This document shows positions 19,910-28,900 of a DNA stretch of 64,000 nt, one piece after another. The DNA lies in IMG/VR virus record IMGVR_UViG_3300020469_000020, positions 1-64,000 of that record; one strand, given 5' to 3'. Position 1 is the stretch's first letter. Each line of letters starts with the position of its first letter. The stretch is from a virus. Below the pieces are notes generated by a model that was not told where the DNA came from, did no database searches, and saw only the letters and a list, made by a program, of their open reading frames with translations. The position numbers were made by a program, and so were the translations under genes.

Positions 19910-22390
19910 TTATAATCTCCAAACCGCTAGACCAGGTGTTTGATAGAAAGAATAATTAAGAATAGCGCCGCCGGAAACAATTATATTTCCTGATGCATTC
20001 ATTGCTATGGGAGAATCACCGATTCCTAATTTATAACCATCATAGTTCCAATTAGGACTAGCACTAGATAATTGGTCATTTAAATTTATATTACCCGGAT
20101 TTGGTGTAGCAGTTCCATCACTTGTCCAACGTGTTGGATTAAACATCATCAAATATTTTGACACACTCCATGCATTTCCATTTCTTTCCAAAACAAATAT
20201 TTTTTCTCTACCTTGTAATGTTGCGCCATCATAATTTGATGATATTGTAGCTAATGTTCCATCATCGTTTAAATTAAATCCATTATAACCGTCTGAGTTC
20301 CTAGTTGACAATCTACCATAACTTGCAATATCGGTGGTGTAGTTAATTGTTTGTATTAAGGAATAACTAGAACCTCCCCACTTATAAAAATAAACTACTC
20401 CTCCGTAATAGAAGTCTCCAGCAGATAACATAAGCCAAATACCATCACCTGATATATCAAATCCTTTTCCTCCAGTATTGACTTGGCCACTATAACTGGC
20501 TTGAAAAGGTGGTGTAAATGTTTGTGCTTGTGTCCAAGTTGAACCACTTCTAGTCCAAACATATACTACTCCATTATAAGAATTTGCACTAGGAGAACAA
20601 GTAACAATTCGTGTTCCATCGTTATTTATTTTAATACCACTAAAACAAGCTCCAAATGGCATAGACAATGTTTGTTGAATAGACCAATTATCTCCAGAGC
20701 CTTTAACATAAACATTTATTGTACTGTTTGTTGTTCCTACTAAATCAGTATGTATAAAATAATTTCCATCTGTAGACATATCAACAGGCAAACTCCAATT
20801 TGATGGATATATGCTTGAAGATTGCCAAACTTCTGTCCATGTTCCAGAAACTTTTTTATAAATTTCAGATGTAGTTTTAGAAGAATCATGACAAAGTATG
20901 TATGTTCCAGAACCTTTAGAAAATTGGACATTATATGGAGTACCTGTAGAACTAACAGTTGTCTTTACCCACCCTGTACCTGAGATTCCCACATAATCAT
21001 AAATGAGAAGTCCTTGGTCATTTACAGCAGAAATTCCTATAACAGTTGTTCCTGCATCATTTATAACTACACCTCTAGCTAAACCAGCATTATGTGTAAT
21101 TATACCATCTGAAGATTCAGACACAGGCGTTCCTGTTGATGGTGCTCCTGGATCACCACTACCTCCAGAAGAACCACTACCTCCAGAAGAACCACTACCT
21201 CCAGAAGAACCACTCACGGGAGCAGATGTACTTGCTGAATTTGTTGTAGTTCCTCCAGTTGAAATTGGTGATGTTCCTGGTAAATCACATATACTTATAG
21301 AACCACTTGATGCGGCTAATTTATTTTTTCCTAACCACTCTGCTGTATAAGGAGAACTTATTGTGGGAGCAGTTAGAGTGCCTGTTGGAGCATCTTTATC
21401 TTGATAAAAAGAAACATTACCAATGGAAACTATATTTTGAGCAGCATCCATTAAATAATAATATAAAGTATTCAAGGAATTATTAGTTAGTGAAACTCCA
21501 GAAATAAAATCACTACTAAAACTAAAAGGATCTGTAGATGTTGAAGTTGTGGGTGATACTGCTCCTCCACTTGAAAAAAAATCTGAAGCAGATGGTGTAG
21601 TTGGTATTGTTCCAGGATCAGTATCTGAATTCAATATTAAAATAGATCCGCCACTTAAAGCAGTTTGTGAAGGAGTTGATGGTGTAGATATTGCTGATAC
21701 TGTAACACCACTTGGTGTAGGTGGCACTACTGGTACTGTTGAGCCAATATCACTACTACCCGTAGAGAGTGTTTGTGTTCCGTGATTTGGATGAGTGTAA
21801 TCTATATCAAATACACCCATTTCCCATTCTACATCTACAGTTGCCCCTCCTTCAACTGCTGTTTTAAGTGCGTTTGGGTCAGCATATGTATGCTTCATAG
21901 ACACTGCACTTACTGGTGTATGAAATACTAACTGTGCAGTAGACCAACTAGCAAGCATTGGTCCAAATGGGTCAAGGTCAAATAGAGTGTTTACGTCACC
22001 TTTATAATAAGTTTGATCATTTAATCTAGTATATCCAGAAGTAGATGTTTCAGATACTGTAGTTCCTGTTACCTTTCTCCAAGTCATATAACTAAATGGA
22101 CCTAAAGGCACTGGGTGTGTTACTTTACTACCCCATTTACCCCATAACTCTGCATTGAGTATATCATAATATCCAATATTAGTAGATGGAAGGCCGTAAT
22201 GTGATGCATCTGGAGCTACCATTAATCTCATAAACATTGTTCCAGAAGGAGCGGTGCCATCCAGTAATCCTCCTATTGTATCATAGGTTTTAATCTGTAC
22301 ATCAGAAATAGTACCTTTGAATTTGATAAGAGCTATTGACTTTGAAGTATCAATATAAAATCCAGTATAAGACGTATTTACTGTGGGCAT
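19910..22390 (-). CDS. Virion appendage protein: unknown N-domain, permuted Ig unit, C-terminal FG-GAP-like beta-propeller
   Basis: 826 aa; propeller blades (DMSTDGNY, KINNDGTRIV, GVVYVWTRSGSTWTQ, DISGDGIWL); PT-rich and GS-rich linkers; AGGA SD; TAATG coupling to the upstream gene. Confidence 0.8.
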   Translation of the reverse strand: MPTVNTSYTGFYIDTSKSIALIKFKGTISDVQIKTYDTIGGLLDGTAPSGTMFMRLMVAPDASHYGLPSTNIGYYDILNAELWGKWGSKVTHPVPLGPFSYMTWRKVTGTTVSETSTSGYTRLNDQTYYKGDVNTLFDLDPFGPMLASWSTAQLVFHTPVSAVSMKHTYADPNALKTAVEGGATVDVEWEMGVFDIDYTHPNHGTQTLSTGSSDIGSTVPVVPPTPSGVTVSAISTPSTPSQTALSGGSILILNSDTDPGTIPTTPSASDFFSSGGAVSPTTSTSTDPFSFSSDFISGVSLTNNSLNTLYYYLMDAAQNIVSIGNVSFYQDKDAPTGTLTAPTISSPYTAEWLGKNKLAASSGSISICDLPGTSPISTGGTTTNSASTSAPVSGSSGGSGSSGGSGSSGGSGDPGAPSTGTPVSESSDGIITHNAGLARGVVINDAGTTVIGISAVNDQGLLIYDYVGISGTGWVKTTVSSTGTPYNVQFSKGSGTYILCHDSSKTTSEIYKKVSGTWTEVWQSSSIYPSNWSLPVDMSTDGNYFIHTDLVGTTNSTINVYVKGSGDNWSIQQTLSMPFGACFSGIKINNDGTRIVTCSPSANSYNGVVYVWTRSGSTWTQAQTFTPPFQASYSGQVNTGGKGFDISGDGIWLMLSAGDFYYGGVVYFYKWGGSSYSLIQTINYTTDIASYGRLSTRNSDGYNGFNLNDDGTLATISSNYDGATLQGREKIFVLERNGNAWSVSKYLMMFNPTRWTSDGTATPNPGNINLNDQLSSASPNWNYDGYKLGIGDSPIAMNASGNIIVSGGAILNYSFYQTPGLAVWRL
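21155..21214 (-). repeat. 18-nt tandem repeat x3.3 encoding a (GSSGGS)n linker
   Basis: accactacctccagaaga repeated exactly three times, plus a partial copy. Confidence 0.9.
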
Positions 22391-23781
22391 TAGAATAGTC
22401 CTGAATCTGCGTCTGAGTGTTCTAGTTTAACTTTGAGGTCTACGGTGTTTGCATAAGATATACTACTTACATCATTTTTATCTTGAGATGTTGATATTGC
22501 AATAGTTCCACTAGGAAGAACATTATCTACAGTTATTGAAACTGTATCTACAGTAGATATATTTTCTACAGCATCCATAACAAAAAATGATAAATCGTTT
22601 GATTGTCCAGTTGTGAGATTTGTAACATTATGATCGTTTTTTGGTGAAGTTTCACTTGATAAGTCTATTCCACTTGCAAAATCAGCAACAACGGGTGTTG
22701 CACTGTCATTTATTTTTACAAGACCTTTTGATACTCCACTTGGATCTGTTCCACTATCTCCAAAATGTAAATTTACATTCACATTACTATCTTTAGTATA
22801 TAATGTACTACTACTTTCTCTAACACTATCTTGTGTTGCGATAACAATAAATCCGGTCGGTGCTGTTGTATCTACAAAGAAATCAACTTCAGCACTTGCT
22901 TCATTTCCAACAATATCTTTAGAAGTGTATTTTACAGTATTTTTACCTTCAACAATACCTTCACTAGAAGTGAGCGTAGTAGTATAACTAGTTGTTGTAG
23001 GAATTGTAGCAAATGCCGTATCTGTTCCATTTACAGTTAAAGTTCCATCATCAAGACCTGAGCCAGAATCCGAAGTATCTATTTTTATGACTATAGTATC
23101 TGTATCATAATATTCATCAGAACCAACGGTAACCGCAGTGCCAGTAGAGGAATCTACACTTACGGCTACTGTAGGTGCTGTAGTGTCAATTAAAAATGAA
23201 TATGTAGAATCGGTTGATGTATTATCAAGATAATCTTTACTACTCGCTGTTACTGTATGTAATTGATCGCCTGTATAAGTAACTGTTTTACTTGCTGTAG
23301 TATATTCAGTTCCATCAATTGTTACAGACTTTACTCCTACTCCACCAGAATTATCAACAGCAGAAACTGTAATTGATGCAGGATCATCTTTAGTACAGTT
23401 TTGATTTGATGCATTTGTAACAATTGTAGCATCAGGAGAAATGGTGACTGTTGGGGCAATATCATCTGAAGGATGTCCAAATTTTATTCTAGATGATTTA
23501 ACTGAATTATTGTGTGTAGATTGTCCATATGCTTCAACATACCAAGGTCCTCCTGTTGCTGGAAACGTATGCGATACACTACTTCCTGATTTAAATCCAA
23601 CTCCCTGAATATATAATTTTTCTGTTCCTGATCTAAATCCTGCATCTCCTCCACTACCTCTTCGAGTTCCACCACCTGTTAAGGTAAATGAAACAGGTTG
23701 CGTCTTATCATCTATTACATTATATCCTTCTCTACTAGAATATGTAGCTCCAGTAAAAGTAACGCTTATGGAAATTGCCAT
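22390..23781 (-). CDS. Ig-like repeat protein ending mid-repeat
   Basis: 463 aa; DDIAP, DTTAP and DNVLP repeats with D-x-x-(G/E/D)N motifs; stops at HSDADSGLF. Confidence 0.8.
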   Translation of the reverse strand: MAISISVTFTGATYSSREGYNVIDDKTQPVSFTLTGGGTRRGSGGDAGFRSGTEKLYIQGVGFKSGSSVSHTFPATGGPWYVEAYGQSTHNNSVKSSRIKFGHPSDDIAPTVTISPDATIVTNASNQNCTKDDPASITVSAVDNSGGVGVKSVTIDGTEYTTASKTVTYTGDQLHTVTASSKDYLDNTSTDSTYSFLIDTTAPTVAVSVDSSTGTAVTVGSDEYYDTDTIVIKIDTSDSGSGLDDGTLTVNGTDTAFATIPTTTSYTTTLTSSEGIVEGKNTVKYTSKDIVGNEASAEVDFFVDTTAPTGFIVIATQDSVRESSSTLYTKDSNVNVNLHFGDSGTDPSGVSKGLVKINDSATPVVADFASGIDLSSETSPKNDHNVTNLTTGQSNDLSFFVMDAVENISTVDTVSITVDNVLPSGTIAISTSQDKNDVSSISYANTVDLKVKLEHSDADSGLF

Positions 23782-24740
23782 TAATATCCAACTCTATTTT
23801 TAAATTTTTTGATAAAACCTATAGGAGAACAATATTCTTCCCAAACCCAACGATTATGTTTTTGAATTTCTAACATATTATTATTACTAATAAAATTATC
23901 AATTTTATCTTCTATTTCTTTTATTGTATTTTCTGATGATACAGGTACACAAACATCATTTATATTTACTTCATAATCTTCAAATATAAAACAACGGTCA
24001 CTTTCTATTAAAATAGGAATTCTCCCCATCATTAAAGTTTCGTAAAATCTCCAACAAAAATTAGCACCTCCACGAATACAGATAGAAAATATATTTTCTT
24101 CTAAGTTGTTATAGAATGTATTTCTTTCCTCTACTGAATTAGTTCCTGTTTTTCCACGTTCTCTTATAATAAAATTATTATTAAATTTTAATTCTTTGAA
24201 TTTATTTAATACACCTTCTCTTCCAAAATGTTTTGCTCCACACCAACCAATGCTAATACTATCATTTAAATAATTATCATTAAAAACATCTTTGAAAAAT
24301 GCAGGCAAAGGAAATTGTTTATTCGTTCTTTTAGATTTGTTTAAATGTGTTTGGTATGAATTTATATCGTTATAACCCAGGTCTTCATCATATGTATTAT
24401 AACTAAATCCATATATATTACGATGTTTGTATTTTTCATAAAATATTTTTTCAAAATCTTCAAAAATTTCATGAGATTGCATTCTTGATTGTATATCTTC
24501 ATTACGTTCTATAGCCTCTGTTGGACTAAAGAATGACATGGGATACACCATTATAGCTTCTTCAGAGTCACTTACATATTCAAAGTTTTCAATACAGTAT
24601 TGTGTTACTTCTGGATAGTTTGTTTCTCCTCTCTCTATAGCATGAGGATGTCCATATAAAGGAAGTGCTTGATGATGAATAGCACCATAATCAAATTCCT
24701 GAATATCAGGTACACAAAATATAGGAATATTATTTGACAT
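23781..24740 (-). CDS. Exostosin family (GT47-like) glycosyltransferase
   Basis: FSICIRGGANFCWRFYETLMMGRIPILI matches the exostosin core (F-x-L-x-x-R-G...R-x-Y-E-x-L-x-x-G-x-I-P). Confidence 0.8.
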   Translation of the reverse strand: MSNNIPIFCVPDIQEFDYGAIHHQALPLYGHPHAIERGETNYPEVTQYCIENFEYVSDSEEAIMVYPMSFFSPTEAIERNEDIQSRMQSHEIFEDFEKIFYEKYKHRNIYGFSYNTYDEDLGYNDINSYQTHLNKSKRTNKQFPLPAFFKDVFNDNYLNDSISIGWCGAKHFGREGVLNKFKELKFNNNFIIRERGKTGTNSVEERNTFYNNLEENIFSICIRGGANFCWRFYETLMMGRIPILIESDRCFIFEDYEVNINDVCVPVSSENTIKEIEDKIDNFISNNNMLEIQKHNRWVWEEYCSPIGFIKKFKNRVGY

Positions 24741-25946
24741 TTAATTATTTTCCTTTACTCTAGAAATAAAATCATTTATTATTCCAATTGGACTACAATA
24801 AGTTTCCCAAACCCAACGATTATGTTTTTGAATTTCTAACATGTTATTATTACTAATAAAATTATCAATCTTACTTTCTATGTCTTTAAGTTTATCTTTT
24901 TGAGAAATCAATACACAAACATCATTTATATTTACGCCATGGTCTTCAAAAAGAAAACACCTATCACTTTCAACTAAGATAGGAACTCTTCCCATCATTA
25001 AAGTTTCGTAAAATCTCCAACAAAAGTTTGCTCCACCACGCATACAAAATGTGAATAAATTGTCTTGTATATTCTTATAAAATCTATTACGTAAACTAAA
25101 ATCTTTAGTTCCTGTATTTCCATTGATAGTTGTAATAAAATTTGTTTTATATTTTGTTTTCTTTAATTTATTTAAAATTTTATCTCTATCAAAGTGTTTA
25201 GCACCACAAAACCCTATATTAAACTTCTCTTGAGTTATATAATTATTATCAAAAACATCTTCAAATATTGCAGGTAATGGATATTCGTTTATATTTCTTT
25301 TTGATTTATATAAATGTGTTTGATAAGAAAATATATTTTTTATATTTAAACCATGATCAAACGTATCTTGTTTAAAAGTATTATCATTCCAATGATAATC
25401 AGATGTACGAATAATATCTTTGTCAACTTCATTTATACGCCAAATTCCACCTATAGTATAAGTAAATGAATATATCTTACGATGTTTAAATGTTTCATAA
25501 AAAACAGTTTTAAAATCTTGTACATGATCTAATGCGTTTGGCGAATCCTTATAGTTACTAGGTAATTTTTTATTATTTGCTAAAAAATCTCTTCTTTCAA
25601 TATATATTTCTGCAGGACTTCTTAGTCCCATAGGATATACCATTATAGCTTCTTCAGAATCATTAACATATTCAAAATTTTTCTCACAATGTTCTATTAT
25701 TTTTTTAGAATATAAAAGTGAATTTTCAGAATTTCTTTTTATCTTATCAGCTACAGCACGAATGTGTGGATGTCCATATAAAGGCAATGCCTCTGTATTG
25801 ATTGCTACATAATTAAATTTTTTGAAATTTTTTTCTTTCTCAAAACTATGTTTATTTAAATGGTCAAACCCAAAACTTGTAGGTAAACTAGAATACTTAT
25901 GCTCACATTTATCTGAAGCATTAACACAAAATATAGGGATTTTCAT
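24741..25946 (-). CDS. Exostosin family (GT47-like) glycosyltransferase, paralog
   Basis: FTFCMRGGANFCWRFYETLMMGRVPILV; strong similarity to 23781..24740 along its length. Confidence 0.8.
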   Translation of the reverse strand: MKIPIFCVNASDKCEHKYSSLPTSFGFDHLNKHSFEKEKNFKKFNYVAINTEALPLYGHPHIRAVADKIKRNSENSLLYSKKIIEHCEKNFEYVNDSEEAIMVYPMGLRSPAEIYIERRDFLANNKKLPSNYKDSPNALDHVQDFKTVFYETFKHRKIYSFTYTIGGIWRINEVDKDIIRTSDYHWNDNTFKQDTFDHGLNIKNIFSYQTHLYKSKRNINEYPLPAIFEDVFDNNYITQEKFNIGFCGAKHFDRDKILNKLKKTKYKTNFITTINGNTGTKDFSLRNRFYKNIQDNLFTFCMRGGANFCWRFYETLMMGRVPILVESDRCFLFEDHGVNINDVCVLISQKDKLKDIESKIDNFISNNNMLEIQKHNRWVWETYCSPIGIINDFISRVKENN

Positions 25947-25950
25947 AATA

Positions 25951-28900
25951 TTATAATTTTTGTTTTAACTCTTTTATACACTCAATTAATAAAGGAATTA
26001 TCTTATCGTAATTAACTTGTTTTTGTCCATTTGCTCCTGTACGAATTGCCTCTGGAATAACTTCCTCTATTTCTTGAGCAATTACTCCAACATCATGACC
26101 ATGATAACCACTTGGATTTTCTTTCCAATCAAATTCAACACCACGTATTAAATCTATTTTATCAAGAGCATTGGACATGTCAGTGATGTTTTCTTTATAG
26201 TTTCTATCAGAAGTCACAAATCCAATAATATCATTATCAGCAACAAGGTCACCGGCTGATCTAATTGAGCCTGTATCTAAATCTACACTTGCTTTTCCAA
26301 CACCACCTCTAGTAAATACTATCTGATTATTTGCATTTTCAGTTGATGTATACTCTGTTAGATTACTTGAAAAACTATATGCTCCTGAACCTTTATTCCA
26401 ATATATACCATCATTGTTTGATTTGTCTTTTAATAACCATTTATTTGTGTTTTCATATTCAATTAATGTTCCTGCATGAGTCTGCATTATGGGAACATTA
26501 CCATAGATATATTGGTGGTCTAAAAATAAAAGTTCTTTTGTACTTGATTTAAATTCTATTCCTTCTGTACCATTATCACCAGTTTTTGTAACAACTCTTG
26601 AAGAAGATACTGTTTCACTTGTATCACCCCAACTAATAGTATTTGCATCACCACCAGAAGCAAAAAATATTTCAGCTTCATCAGTGTTACAAGTCCACTT
26701 GATATAGTTTGTTAATGGAGTATTTGAATTATTATTTGTTCCCTCTGAACTTGTTAAATTAAATTCAATTTTATTATTTGGATTATTTGAAGGAAAAGTA
26801 ACTCCATTGTTTGCTGTCAATGCACCTTCAACTAAAACATCTGTTTTAAAGTTAACCGGATTTACAAAATCAATATAGTTTTCATATGCGTTGAAAAGTG
26901 CTACTGAATCACGTTTAAATGTAAATCTATCTCCAGTAAACATCATAGAAGAGTTACCTACTGCTTCATTATGTAATTGAAGATTATTATTTCCATTTAG
27001 TAATTTTAATTTCAAATCATTACTATTAATAGTAACATCAAAATCAGAAGTCTCTCTTGTTAGTTTTAGATTATTCTCAGTTTGTCCTATTTCTAAATTA
27101 TAAAGTTTATTTGCAGCAAGCACAGACCTATGAATAATATCATTATTTGTTATTGTAGAAATATCTTGTATACTATGAACATTACTTTCATGTACTATGG
27201 TTTTAGTAGTTTCATTTAAAGAAGATGTTCTTTTTAGATTTGCGGTTGTATTCAGTTCTGTTATTGTCTTTGTAGTTTCATTTAAATCAAATCTTTTTTC
27301 CAACGATGCAGACTTACTTGTTAAGTAAATTGTTTTATTTGTTTCGTTTATTTCAGATATTCTCTGCATTGTAGGAGTCTGTTTATCCTCCTTAATAATC
27401 TGATTAGTATCTGCCAGATTCACATTATAAGTCATTCCTGGTCTAGTCACAGTCAAATCATTTTGACCTGAGACTGTTTTCATAATATAAGAAGAAGGTG
27501 TGGTTGTTTCACTAAGGTCTATTTTTATTTCTTGTGATACATTATTTGCTGTATGTTTTAGAGAATGTGTTCCAGAAACTAGATCAAGACTTGCTGGATT
27601 AGATGCCTTCAATTGAAAATGTGAACTTCCAGAAGTGTGCTCACCTTTTAAAATTGCCTCACTAGTAGAATCATTTGTAGATAACTTTATAAAAGTATCA
27701 TTATCTTCTGTTTCTAATAGTGCTTCAGAATAATTTTTAGTTATGTGAAGTTCAGCAGTTGGAGTAGTTTGAGAAATACCAATTTTATCATTTGCATAAA
27801 ACTGATTTGCACCAACCTTTGCATTAGGAACACCTTGATTTACTGTACCATCTGTTCTTGAAAATCTAAATGAACCAAATTCACTATCATCGTTTCCATT
27901 AGGAAAATATGACAATTCTCCCATTGTACTTGAACTACCATGCCACTGTACTACAGAACTTGGAGCATTTGCTCCATAAGCAAGTGTAGAACGTGGTGTA
28001 GTTAATAAACTATTTTGTTCACCAAGATATAAATGAATACCATTTGTCCTTGTATTGAGAGTGAGAGCAGCATTTGAAGTGTCTGATTGTAGATACATTT
28101 CAGCTTGGTCATCTTCCGAAAATCTCAATAAAGTTTCTCCATAATATTCATCTAAGCCATATTCTGGAGTATTTGCTGTTCTAGCAAATGATTTACCTAA
28201 GTCTAATTTATCACCATTTTTAGAAGTTCCTATTACCCAATTTGAATCATTGACAGAATCATTAAACTGTACTATTGATCCATGTCTGTAATTTAATTCT
28301 GTTGTGCTAAGTTGAATCAATGGACTATCTTCTTGTATTGCTATACCACTTCTTCCCATTGGTTCTAAACTTGTTACTGCACCTATCAAAACAAAAGGTT
28401 CTGTACCATTTAAAATTAAATCACTATCTCCTTGTATTGTACCAGAAATATCCAACTCATGAGCAGGTGTGGTTACATTAACACCTACTTTATGTTTTCT
28501 TACATACAATGTATCGTCAACAATTAAATTGTCTTGTACATATCCATCTCCATAAACAAATAAATCATCATTTAAATTAACTCTATCGTCTGTTATAGAG
28601 ATTTCTGGTGTTTTTTGATGTCCTCCAACAGATATTTTAAGTTCTGTATTATAACTTTCAGTTGTTAATTCTAAGATTCCACAACCTGTGTTAGCATCAA
28701 ATGACATGTACATGCCAGCATCGTCTACTCTTTCACTAAAATCAGTAAATGCTATTGTTGCATTTGAAGTATAATTATTTGTTGAGATTGTAAATGAAGG
28801 TTCATTGTCAAATAAATGTAAATCAGAAACAGGATATCTAGTACCAAATCCTACATTGCCATGATAATCCAAAAACATTTCTGGTTTACCTTTTGAAACT

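Noticed and set aside
19850-19912. Stop-codon readthrough fusing the 826-aa and 1129-aa genes, which are in the same frame
   Set aside because: The 60-nt spacer contains a second in-frame TAA and a late promoter.
22380-22410. Sequencing-error frameshift or pseudogene as the cause of the truncated 463-aa gene
   Set aside because: The downstream gene has an AGGA SD and ordinary TAATG coupling, the missing half-domain lies about 730 nt further on, and the second break has its own promoter. A programmed fusion cannot be fully excluded.
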